Origin: Lama guanicoe
Lineage: Eukaryota
Reading direction: 5' to 3'
Length of the DNA: 64,000 nt
Assembly (NCBI GenBank): GCA_013239625.1
Contig: MU054400.1
Location: forward strand, 45,146 to 109,145
The translations under genes were made by a program, and so were the position numbers. Shown here piece by piece: positions 26,309-38,967 of the stretch. The notes beneath the pieces were generated by a model. It did not search any database. It had not been told where the DNA came from and saw nothing but the letters and a program-made list of their open reading frames with translations. Position 1 is the stretch's first letter. Each line of letters begins with the position of its first letter.

Positions 26309-27637
26309 TACATGGAATAGAATAGAGAGCCAAAAAATAAACCCATACACCTACCATCAATTAATCTTCAATAAAGGAAGCAAGAATATACAATGGAGAC
26401 AAGATAGTCTTGACTTCAGCAAGCAGTGTTGGGAAAGCTGGACAGCCACATGTAAATCGATGAAGTTAGAGTACTCCCTCACACCATACACAAAAATAAA
26501 CTCAAAATGGATTAAAGATCTAAATATAAGACATGACACCATAAAACTCCTAGAAGAGAACATAAGCAAAACATTTTCTGACATAAATCTTAGCAGTATT
26601 TTCTTAGATCAGTGTCCCATGGCAGAAGAAATAAAAGTAAAAATAAACAAGTGGGACCTAATCAAACTTAAAAAAGCTTTTGCACAGCAAAGGAAATCAT
26701 CAACAGAACAAAAAGACAACCTATGGAATGGGAGAAAATATTTGCAAATGATGCAACTGTGACAAGGCATTAATTTCCAAAAAATACAGACAGCTCATAC
26801 AACTCAGTATCAAAAAACAACAAACGCAAATCAAAACCACATGAGGTACCACTTCACACTGGTCAGGATGGCCATCACCAAAAAGTCTACAAACAGTAAA
26901 TACTGGAGAGAGTGTGAAGAAGAGGGAACCCTCATACACTGTCGGAGGGACTGTAAATCGGTGCAACCACTGTGGAAAACAGTATGGAAGGTCCTTAAAA
27001 ACCTAAAATAGAGCTACCATGTGATCCAGCAATACTATTCCTGGGCATATATCTGGAAAAGATGAAAACTCTTAATTCAAAAAGGTACATGCATGCACCC
27101 CAATGTTCATAGCAGCACTATTTGTAATAGCCAAGACATGGAAGCAACCTAAGTGTCCATCAACAGATGAATGGATAAAGATGTGGTATATTTATATATA
27201 AAATATTACTCAGCCATAAAAAAGAATGAAATGTTGCCATCTGCAGCAACAGGGATGGACCTAGAAAATAATAAGTCAGAGAAAGACAAATATTATATCA
27301 CTTATATGTGGAGTCTGAAAAATAGTAAGATGAATCTATTTACAAAACAGACTCACAGACATAAAAACCAAACTTTTGTTTACCAAAGGGAAAGGGAGTT
27401 GGGGGAGGGAAAAATTAAGAGTGTGTGATACACAGATACATACTACTATATATAAAATAAATAAGCAACAAGGATTTATTCTGTAACACAGGGAACACTA
27501 TTCAATGTCCTGTAATAACCTGTAATGGAAAATAATCTGGAAAAAAATTGTGTACATATATATTACTGAATCACTTGGCTGTATACCTGAAACTCACACA
27601 ATATTATAAAAAGACTATACTTCAATTAAAAAAAAAA
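26309..27637 (+). mobile_element. 5'-truncated LINE-1 in ACO1 intron 12
   Basis: ORF2 peptide ([16 protein letters not shown]), 3' UTR, poly(A), TSD aaaaagtaaat (26298-26308, 27633-27643) at a TT/AAAA site. Confidence 0.9.
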
Positions 27638-27811
27638 GTAAATCATAAAAAGGACTCTTAATTGAATGATCTAGAATGAATGAATAGATCAAAATGCTCC
27701 GAAGAATGAGAGCTTTATAGAAACGGCACTGTGCTAAATTTATTTCATGCGCTGCTATTCTCTTTAAATCAGTGGCCTCCAGGAACTATAACCAGCAGAC
27801 GGTCCCACTGA

Positions 27812-27982
<171 letters not shown>

Positions 27983-28663
27983 TAAGATGTGTGACCAAAA
28001 TGCTGGTAATTTCATGAAGGTCCGGGCAACAGGGGATGTGGTTAAGAGTCTGGCCTTTGGATTTGAGCTAAACTTACTAGCTGTATACCTTTGGGAAAGT
28101 TAATTAACCTCTTTGTGCCTCAGTTTTCACAACTGTAAATTGGAGACAGTAATGGTATATGTTTCATAGAGTTGTGAGCATTAAGATGACAGTGGACATT
28201 GAGGACTTACTGAGGTGCATGGAACACACATGCTCCATAAATGCTGGCTTTGACTGCAGAGGCGCCAGAATCCTTTATTCCTGTTGTCTGAAAACTGCTT
28301 CCAAGTCAGAAGAGCATCCACACAAATGAATCGTAACTAATTGTGTTGGCTTGATTTTTGTCCCATAAACCCAGTAGCACTCAGAAATACTATTTGGTTT
28401 GCTGTGCATTAATTGTAGAGTCCATGTCAGTCAGTGTGGCTCCCTTTAGCTTGTACTCTTCCCCACCTGTTCTCTGGCCCCCAGCAGCCAAAGAACCAGG
28501 ATGTTGCCTTCTGACCCACCTGGTATTTTCTCATGAGCAGAAGCCACTGAACATGTCTCTGCTTCTTCTGACCCAGAGTGTCCCCCACATGGCCGCCCTG
28601 TGTGCTCTTCTTCCCGGGGGGGAGGACCAGGTGAAAGGGAAGCTTGAGGGCTACTTTACTTAA

Positions 28664-28981
<318 letters not shown>

Positions 28982-29351
28982 TAGAACCTCAAGAGATGAG
29001 AGGAGAAGGAAGCAATACACAGCTAGGACATAACTATTTCAGTTAAAGGGAAAGGGACGACAAGAGGGAAAGAAACACCACAAGTAACAGAGTTCCTGCC
29101 ACTCTGGTGGCTTCTCTGGTTCCTCTCTTTCCAGCTCCTGCTTTACTCTCATGATAGGCATTGTTTTCATATTTAGTCTGTAGCAACACCATCCTACACA
29201 GTGCAGCTTCTCCAAATTCAGGGGAAATGATGCTTTGTTTCCTTTTCCACTGGTTTTTTTGCTGTACTCTCCTCAACGCATGCTAACCAGACTGGATAAT
29301 ATGAAAACAGTGCCCTGGAATTTACTTTTAGGAACCATAGCTTTTGAGGTA

Positions 29352-29951
29352 CTGTTGATCCTCGTTATATATGGATTCCATATTTGCAAATTTGACTACT
29401 CCTTAAAATGGATTTAACTCCCAAATCAATGCTCATCACTCTCCCGTGGTCACGAACAGACGTGCATGGGGGTGAAAACTGAGTTGCCCGCCGTGCCTGC
29501 TCTCAGCTGAAGCTGAACAACATGACCTGCTGCCTTCTTGTTTCAGGTCTCATACTGCAAACAAGTGTTCTGTTTCCTGTCTGTGCTCTGTTTAATGCCA
29601 TGTTATTCACATTTTAGTGCTTTTTGTTGTTGATTTCATTGTTTAAAATGGCCCCTGAGAGTAATGCTGAAATACTGTGTAGTGTTCCTAAGCCCAAGAA
29701 GGCTGTGATGGGCCTCGTGTTAGACAGGCTTTCGAGTTCAATATGAAAGTGTTAACAGTATATATTAAATAAGGTATCTTGAAATAGAAGCACACATAAA
29801 GCAAGGTGATGTATTGTTCAGTTGATGAAAATGTGGATGGAGTCTCTCGGAGCCTAACCCCCTGTGTCCCCTGGGGGCAGTGACTGCGTATTCTCCAATT
29901 CGGCGCGTACGTGGACTTTGTAGAGCTTCCCTGAACAACAAGAACTGACTG
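29352..29951 (+). mobile_element. TcMar-Tigger DNA transposon (MER82-like)
   Basis: TA-flanked; ends ctgttgatcctcgtt... and ...aacaagaactgactg form degenerate TIRs; ~600 bp. Confidence 0.7.
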
Positions 29952-30013
29952 TACATGACAGAGGAAATGGGGTATGAAATGCAGTTCTTCTCACTAACAA
30001 ACATTTCCCCCAG

Positions 30014-30138
30014 GGGTAAGTGCAAAGGGGCAACAAGTATTTCTGAAAGACATCTGGCCAACCAGAGATGAGATCCAGGTGGTGGAGCGCCAGTACGTCA
30101 TCCCCGGGATGTTTAAGGAGGTCTACCAGAAGATAGAG
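30014..30138 (+). CDS. ACO1: ACO1 exon 15
   Basis: ccag|[42 protein letters not shown]|gtaagg; 125 nt. Confidence 0.95.
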
Positions 30139-31100
30139 GTAAGGCGGGTGCCCAAGGGAAAGCTGCTCATTTTTACAGACCCCACGCTCCCCTGACATTC
30201 CCAGATTCAGACAACTGAGCAGCAGCCTCAGGAGGAAAGGCTTCAGCTTGTGTGGTTCCGGGCCAGCTTTCTATAGCTCCCCCTTCCTCAGGCAGATGGC
30301 GGGGTATTGTGTCAGTTGTGGTTCAGGACCCCTGATGTCACTACAGTGTGTCCCTGAGGGGTCAACTGGTTAAATGCACCTCTCAGAATTATTCGGATGC
30401 TTTAAAAAGTAATAAAAATAAAAGCCAGTTCTCAGTAGGTAACACCAAACTACCAAACTGGAAATAAATAAAACTTACTATGCATTTTACAAATAGGGAG
30501 AAAATGTATTGGGCTCAGTATCATCTTCTGAGACTCTTGGATGTTATTCCTCTCCCCGTTTCTGTGTTACACTGACCCAGGGGCTTCTGACTGGGGCTGG
30601 TGGTGTGAAATAAGGGAGCAGACTGTATGGGGAGAGGGGTCAAATGGGATTATACTCATGCACTGGGCCCACCCACAAGCTGCTCATTGGGAAATGGTAT
30701 GAAGGAGTTTGGTGGACATTCGGTTAAATGCATTTCTTCAAAGACTTAGCTAATGGACATATGCGGTGTATGCAACCGCTGTCATTTGCTAGCCAATGTC
30801 CCTGTTGACCTGGCAGTCTACTTCCCAAAATCTTCAGACAGTAAATAATTTCCCCTTTGGTACAATCTTATTATCTCAAATTATACTTATAAGTACATGT
30901 ATTAGTTACCTACTGCTGTGCAGCAAATTACCCCAAACTTTGATTACTTAGCATGGTGCTGTCTGTACAGAGGAACAGACCAGAATAAGAATGGTTTTTA
31001 CTGCACTCTTAGCTTGAATATGTTTTGTGTTTTCATGTTAAACTTTCCTTAGAATGGAATGTGATTAGATCTGCCTTTCCCTTTCTCTTTTTTTCCTAAG

Positions 31101-31205
31101 ACTGTGAATGAAAGCTGGAATGCCTTAGCAGCCCCATCCGATAAGCTGTATTGTTGGAACCCCAAATCTACCTACATTAAGTCACCACCATTCTTTGAAG
31201 ACCTG
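31101..31205 (+). CDS. ACO1: ACO1 exon 16
   Basis: taag|[35 protein letters not shown]|gtagga; 105 nt. Confidence 0.95.
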
Positions 31206-31891
31206 GTAGGACTTCTTATTTTTTTAACAAAATGAGTTCTTCAGAAAGTTTCTTGCCTTATAAAATCTACTTGATTATCCAGTACCCTTGCTTATACTAC
31301 CCATTTCATTAACCTTTAGAAACCTGCACAGGTCATCCTGGGGAGTTTGGGGAAGCTAGGGTATTTGGCTGGAGTGGGCCTGTACTTTCTCTGTCCAGGG
31401 CTTCTGTGTGGCTGTGTAGACACACCCTATTGGACACGGACTCAGAGTCTCAGGGACTGTCTGGGAGAGCAGCCCCACCGCCCACCATATTCAGACCTTA
31501 TACCCATAAAAGTAAGGGAAAGCCTGAAACTGACCATCAGGGAGTCGCCCTGCCCCGGGTGGGAGGGGGTGGGGGGAGAGAAGTCAGGACTCCTGCTGTC
31601 CTCAGCGTCTGAGGAGTTCCCTGCACATGGAGAAGGAAGATGTCATTGCAGCAGTTTCCCTGTGGCTTGTGAGGGGCACTGCCAATACTTCACCTCCTTT
31701 CGAGGGTGAGATATGAACATTTTGAGTAAATTCACCGCATTTTTCTAAGCACTCCTGATAAAACTAGAATTTTCTATACATTGATGTAGGGCTGTCACCT
31801 GGCTCAGGTCCACGGACCACTACTGTCGAGGCTCCCTGGTGACGTGCTGGAGAAACCTGGGCCAGCACTGACTTGTTGTGTTCTTTATTAG

Positions 31892-32034
31892 ACTTTGGAT
31901 CTTCAGCCCCCGAAATCTATAGTGGATGCCTATGTGCTGCTAAATTTGGGAGATTCAGTAACAACTGACCACATCTCTCCGGCTGGAAATATTGCAAGAA
32001 ACAGCCCTGCTGCTCGCTACTTAACTAACAGAGG
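31892..32034 (+). CDS. ACO1: ACO1 exon 17
   Basis: ttag|[47 protein letters not shown]|gtaagt; 143 nt. Confidence 0.96.
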
Positions 32035-32311
32035 GTAAGTATGAGGGAGGGGAGGAGAGCCTGAAGGCAGAAATGCAGAGAGTGAGACCCGTATTTCTCT
32101 TTTCACATGGGCTCTTTGGAATCAGAATCCAGTTTTTCACTGAATGCTGGGGCTTAAAAACTAGTCATCTGTTTACTGCTTCGAAGCTTCCATGGGAGAA
32201 TCCATCAGCAAGTGAACCCCAGGAGGGGAGAGAACCTTCTTATTGAATAAGTGTGCTCATTGGACTCAACTGTCATCCCTGCCCCCAGCATGACTGTTAA
32301 AGTACAGGTCT

Positions 32312-33412
32312 CCAGAACTATTCAATATCTTGTAGTAACAACCTATAATGGAAAAGAGTCTGAAAAAGAATATATATACACATACAACTGAATCACTTTG
32401 CTGTACACCTGAAATTAACACATTGTAAAATAACTTTTTTTTTAAAAAGGGTTTCTTTTTTTTAACAGCATAATGTCCCAGTCTTGCATATATATATTCA
32501 TTTTGATATTTTCATTAAAGGTTATTACAGGATATTGAATATAGTTCCCTGTGCTATACAACAGAAATTTATCTATTTTTATATAGTGGTTAACATTTGC
32601 AAATCTCAAACTCCCAGGTTTATTCCTTCCCACCTGCTTTCCCCCAGTAACCGTAAGATTGTTTACTATCTGCAAGTCTGTTTCTGTTTTGTAGATGAGT
32701 TCATTAATGTCCTCTTTTTTCCTTTTTTTTTTTTTGATTCCACATATGAGTGATATCATATGGTATTTTTCTTTCTCTTTCTGGCTTACTTCACTTTGAA
32801 TGACATTCTCCAGTGCCATCCATGTTGCTGTAAATGGCATTATTTTATTCTTTTTTATGGCTGAGTAGTATTCCATTGTATAAATATACCACAACTTCTT
32901 TATCCATTTGTCTACTGATGGACATCTAGGCTGCTTCCATGTCTTGGCTATGTATATAGTGCTGCTGTGAACATTGGAACAAAGCTGAAGGAATAACCCT
33001 CCCAGACTTCAGACAATACTACAGAGCTACAGTAATCAAAAGAGCGTGGTTTTGACACAAAACTGGACATATGGATTAACAGAACAATAGAGAGCCCAGA
33101 AATGAACCCAGAGACCTATGGTCAATTAATCTTCAACAAAGGAGGCAAGAATATACAATGGAGAAAAAAACAATCTCTTCAACAGGTGGTGCTGGGAAAG
33201 CTGGACAGCCACATGTAAATCAAGGACGTTAGAACACTCCCTCACACTGTACACAAACGTAAACTCAAAATGGCTTAAAGAAAGACACTATAAACCTCCT
33301 AGAAGGAAACATAGACAAAACATTCTCTGACATAAATCTTAGCAATGTTCTCCTAGGGCGGTCTACCCAGGCAATAGAGAAACTATATTTCAATTAAAAA
33401 TGGTTCAAAAAA
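32312..33412. mobile_element. Nested LINE-1 structure: 5'-inverted L1 inserted in a short L1 tail
   Basis: + L1 tail (~32315-32435), poly(T) and - L1 3' end (32436-32976), + ORF2 segment (32977-33378), remainder of the first tail. Confidence 0.8.
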
Positions 33413-34229
33413 TAAAGTACAAGACTCTGCTCTTAACCTGTCACGGAGCCTTGTTGCACTTGAAGCACTCAGCAGGGATGGAACCAGAAATGCACTGACA
33501 TCTCCTGGTTGAGAAACGTAATATTTACAGAGAACTGCTTCGAGGATTTGCAGTTTAAACATTCATCAATCCTTCAGTCATATACTGATTTTAACAGGTA
33601 TTACACCAATATTACCTACTGTTACCTAATACACTGATATTAATCAAAGTCAGTCCTAAATTTGACTTTCCATGCGTCATCTGAGGACATAAAAATTCGT
33701 GTTTCCCATCCCCACCTACTGAATTAGCTTCTTCAGTGATGGGGCCCAGAGCCGATTTGAGGAACAAAATCCAACACTTTTCTTTTCTCAGTGGGAGCAG
33801 ACAGCTGCCTTGCCCCTCACCTCTCTTGCAGGTGGCTAACCCATTTTCTTCCTGAATTCCCCTTCTGCTGTGATCACTCAGTCTCTGCCTTCTCCTAGTG
33901 CGTCCTATGAGACAGTCTGTTCATTCAGAACAAGAATATTTCATAGTCCCCAGAAATGTAAGTGTTGTGAGTGTAAGAAGACAGCCCACATCTATCTAGA
34001 GGAGGTGATGCACAGTGGTCTGTTTCATGATTTTTTTTTTTTTAGCATGGGGCAACTACTTTTTAAAGTGTATGGAAACTGCCTGTACATAGATACATGT
34101 GAGATTTTAAAGGGAAAGGATTTTACTTTGAGTGAAGACATGAATCCATCAGCAAGTAGAGAAGAGCAGGTGATACTGAAGAGGGGTCAACGAGTCCCTG
34201 CTCTTTCCCTCAGCCACATGCTCTGGACA

Positions 34230-34620
34230 CCACCTTGTTCTCTGAATGTTCCAGGCAAGGCCAAGTACCCTTCTGCCTGAGAGCCTTTAATCAAGCTGGC
34301 TAATTTTTCCTCTTGGATGCTCTTCCCCAAGATACTCTCTTAGCTAACTCCCTCACCAAGTTCAAGACATCATCCATGAGGTCACCCCACCATACTCTTG
34401 TTCTCCTTGCCCTGATCTACCTTTTCTTTTTTCTAAGGTATTAACTATAATCTATTAACACTCATGTAGGATCTCCTTTTTAAAATCTGTCTCCACCTTC
34501 TAGAATGCAAGCCCTGCAAAGGCAGGGATCTTTGTCTGTTTTGCTCATTGATGTACCCCAGGCACCTAGAGCAGTTCCTGGCACATAGTTGGTGCTCAGT
34601 AAAAAGCTGCTGAATGAAAG
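34230..34620 (+). mobile_element. LINE-2 3' end
   Basis: ctagaatgcaagcc...cctggcacatagttggtgctcagtaaa L2 terminus. Similar L2 pieces lie near 1.6-1.97, 15.4-16.1, 23.8-24.3 and 57.2-57.8 kb. Confidence 0.65.
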
Positions 34621-35237
34621 GGAGAAAAGGGTTCCAAGGGCAGAGAAACTAGAGAAACACAAAAGGTTGAGGCTTGAGGAAGAAACTAGGGAAACAAGCA
34701 ATAACCAAACCTTTTTTGATTGGTGATTATTGTCACTCTTTTGAGACATAGACTCCTTAGGGAATTGAAGGAAAGGAAATATACCTTCCCAGAAAAATTC
34801 ACATCCACATTTTGGACATAATTTCAGGGGTTCATAGACACACTCATCTACTCATGAAGCCCATTCATAGACTCTCAAACTTCAACAGATCTAACTAATA
34901 GATCATTAACACACACCTCCTAGCATTTTAAGAAACAGCCCAGTGAACTGGTCACTATGTTCACTGTAAGATGTTCTTATTAGAGTTCCTCCTCATTGTT
35001 CCACCCAGATTTCTAAGACTGGAAGTTGATGCTGGGACAATACTGATTCACCATCCCACTTCTCACCTCTCACTCTGCCTTCAGCTGAAGCTATGGGAAC
35101 AGCTTTTCTGCCTTGGAGAACAGTACTTAGTAGAGTTAGAGAATATCTAGGTTTGTGGTTTTTCTCTTTTCTTGGTATAAGCCAAGTTTAATCTTCTCTC
35201 GGTTCACTAACTAGGTCTCTCCTGCTTCTGTTCTTAG

Positions 35238-35385
35238 CCTGACTCCACGAGAATTCAACTCCTATGGCTCCCGCCGAGGTAACGATGCTATCATGGCGCG
35301 GGGGACATTTGCCAACATCCGCTTATTAAACAAATTCCTGAACAAGCAGGCACCACAGACTATCCATCTGCCTTCTGGAGAAATT
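35238..35385 (+). CDS. ACO1: ACO1 exon 18
   Basis: ttag|[49 protein letters not shown]|gtgagt; 148 nt. Confidence 0.96.
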
Positions 35386-36619
35386 GTGAGTATTGTGTTT
35401 TCTGCTTCGTGGAGAAGCCAGCATTTCTCAGGCTCTGGGTGGCTGGATATTTGACTTTCCTTCAGGTCTTATTTTCTTCTTCACAGCTCATCCTACCTCT
35501 TGCTTCATGTGCTGTCTTGCCAGGTGGGCATGTATGTAGAGTTCATCACTGATGGAGAGGCCCTTTAAACTGGAAGACCTTCTTTTCCTGATTAGAGATT
35601 CTGTTTCATGCTTTAACTTACTCTAGTTTCCTGGGAGTGGAGCTCAAAGAGCCTCTGAGTGAAATTGCGTCAGTTTAGAGTACTTGAGGGGGAAATTCCA
35701 GGTTAAGGTAGGGGATATTTATTAAGAAGTGCTATTTTATGACTTCAATTAATTTACCATACCACTGGGAAAGAAGGAATGTGGAGGCCTGTGGAGGCTT
35801 GCTTGGGCTCTAAAGGGAACTGTTTGGAGTTGGCATATTACAGCTGGAACTGCTGTTCGCAGCTGGGAGGCATGTAAGAAGACTGCACTTTGAATCAGAC
35901 ACTCCTGGGTTCAAATCCCAGCTTCACCTATTACCTGAGGGGCCTGCAGCAAGTTATTTCCCTCTCTGAGCCTCATTTTTCTTACCTGTGAAGCAGAAAC
36001 ATTATCTACCTTGTAAGGCTCTGAGGCTTAACCTTAAATGGAATGACATGTAAAACACCTAGCAGAGTATCTGGCACCTGCAGGAGGTCCTCTGGGTCAC
36101 TTCCCTCCCCAGTGAATGCTGGAAGGGAAATAACCCTCCCAGAGTATTTTAAAATAATAATGACCAGTATGTCTGTGGCACTTACTACATCCCAAGTGCT
36201 GTTTTTAGCTCTCTGCATTTACTGACTGGTTTAATCCTGACAACAACCCTTTGAGGAAAGTACCATAATTCTCCTTGTTTTAAATTGGGAACTGGGCCTA
36301 GAGAGCCCACATACCCTCCTAAGGCCCCAAGCAGAAGAGCTGAGGTTAAATAACCCACAGAGTCTGACTCTAAAGTCAGTGCTCTTTACCACCACACACA
36401 GTGCCTGACTTGTGACTGGCTCTGTGTTTGTAAAGCAGACTCTTCACAGAGACTCTGATCCCCAGGACCCAGCACACAGTCAGTCCGCAGGACGTATTTG
36501 TTCAGTGAATAGCAGGGATGACAAACCAAGTTATTAAATGAAAAAGACACAAATAAACGGTAAAATGCACAAGAGATGAAAGGGAAAGACTTGCAGTTAT
36601 ATACATCCTGGGGCCTCCA

Positions 36620-38050
36620 GGATACTGTCACAGTGACCCTCCCCTATTTACAACCCCACCATCACAGAGAACTCCCAGTCAGATGTTTAGTGACTCAGCT
36701 TAAACAAGGGGCAGAATCAGAGATGAACAGACATTTGAGCCAAGCCTTGAACCTCAAAGACAGACAAAGAACAGGGGATTAAAAGGCAGGCCACAGGTAA
36801 TGCAGAGAGTATAAGAAAACTAAGAAAAACAATTGTCTCCTCAGTGATAAAAAATGATTTTCTGTTGCTGTAAAGTAACCAGAGGACAAGAACTCTTTAA
36901 AAAAAAAAAAAAGCCCCTAAAAAAATTTCACAGGAAAAGTTGATTCGTCAAGAAAATCTTCCAGAATATAGAAAGGGGAAGCTAAGAGAGAAAATGTAAG
37001 AAAAGTAAAGACTGAACTGAGGAGGGCCAACATCTGACTGAATAAAGATGCTAAAAAGAGAAGACAAAATTTGAGAGGGTATTATTAAAGTAACACGAAG
37101 AAATTCAAAATCTGAGACTCCAGACTGAAAGGACCACTGAACACCCAGCCACATGATTAAAGAATGACCCACTCCAAGTCACATCATTGTGAAATTAACA
37201 ACAGCAGAGATAAGGAGAAGATCTAGAAACTTCCAGAGAGGGAAAGAACAGCTTATGTGCACTGTTTCAGGGATCAGAAGCACGCAAAGCAACTCTAGAA
37301 ACTTAAGACTGAGGACAAGTATTTGGACCCTAAAAATCTACGTCCCTCGTACTACCAGCCGAATGAAATTAAAGTAATAACGAATTTCAATATTCAGAAA
37401 CTTTAAAAATACCCCTCATTCCCAGTCTCAGAAAGCTCCTTGGTCAATGTGTTCCACCAAACGAGGGAATCAACGAAGAAAAGGGGAAGATGTAGGATCC
37501 AGGAAAAAGAAATGCAGGGAATCGCCAGGGTGTTAGAGAAGGAAGATTCCTCTGTAACAGGAATGCACCACATCCTCAGAGAGCCATTAGTCCACACAGG
37601 AACTGAGGGCTCCAGGAGTAACATCTCCATGAAAAAGACTTCTAAATGATCGACTGCCTGATAAATTTGAATGTCTTTAGAGAAGACTTGTATTTCAGAC
37701 AGAGCACTTGGGGATGAATGAATGGGTAGGGACATAGAAACAGGTGAGCACATACACACAAAAATAACTACTAATTCCAGTAGAAATTTTTTTTAATTGC
37801 CAAGAAAAGGAAATCATAGTATACTAAATGACTCGGCCATAAATAGCATTTACCTAATTATAACATATAACATAATGATGGCAGAAGACTGTGGGGGGGG
37901 GCCCTATGGGAGTGGTGGTTAAAAGAACTAAATCCTCAAACTAGGAAATTAATAGAAAATAACAAAAAAGGATAAATGAAAAACTGGCAGATTAAATATA
38001 ATACTTAGGGATACAGGGGCACAGTACAGAAGAAGCCACTAAATATTATG
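36620..38050 (+). mobile_element. Ancient L1/HAL1-like ORF1-region remnant
   Basis: Purine-rich, with L1 ORF1-like phrases (ccagactgaaaggaccactgaacaccc; cacatcattgtgaaatt). Confidence 0.55.
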
Positions 38051-38844
38051 TTTTCTTTAGAAGAGAGAGAGTTCAGGGAGCTATTGCTTTATAAGCTGCT
38101 TGGTCCCCTCAGAACGGCTCATGTAAGGGAAAAGCCAGGAGTCCGGAATCCTACACCTGCTTAGTCCCTCTGATCTCCGGTTCCATGACCTGCTTTGCCG
38201 TGGGACTGTCAGCTTTACAGTAGTTTTGAAAGCACTTTAAAACACACACTCCCACATTCTTAATACCCAAAGCCAGTAACAGATATCTCTCAAAATATCA
38301 GGCAGGTTGTTTCTTTCTGCTGTTTGAAAGGATCCAGATTATTTGGTTAGAAAGAAAAGGCCGTTACTGGCTTTTGCTTGTTTGTTTAACAACTTCTATA
38401 TTCATGTGTTCTTTCCAGCTGAATGTGACCTTCTTTGTGTTTGACTACCCTTCACAACTGACCATCACTGAGTCAAAACCCAGGTTTAGGTGGGATTTTC
38501 TGCTTCTTAACCTTTAAAATACTTTAACCTATGGAAGAGTTCTTTTTAAAAAACTGATCTAATTTCCTTTCTCTCCGATGCCCTAGGCTTTGAATGTTTT
38601 TCTAAAACTAGGACAACAATTACGCATTTCAGTTAAGAGTATAAAATTCAGTTTGATAGAGGTACTAGATGGAGTTAACTAGGTATTTGTAGACCAGGCA
38701 AGCGACTGGTTGAGTTTTCCATTGGCTTTACGTTGGCTTGGCCAATTGCAGGCATTCTGCCCCTATGTGTCCCACCAGGACTCACTGGCCGCCTTCCACA
38801 CTCTGCGCCTTCACTGCATCTGTAAAATCTTCCTCTTTTCTCAG

Positions 38845-38967
38845 CTTGATGTGTTCGATGCTGCTGAGCGGTACCAGCAGGCGGGCCTTCCTCTGATCAT
38901 TCTGGCCGGCAAGGAGTACGGCTCAGGCAGCTCCCGAGACTGGGCGGCCAAGGGCCCTTTCCTACTG
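38845..38967 (+). CDS. ACO1: ACO1 exon 19 (catalytic Ser778 motif GSSRD)
   Basis: tcag|[41 protein letters not shown]|gtgagt; 123 nt. Confidence 0.96.
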
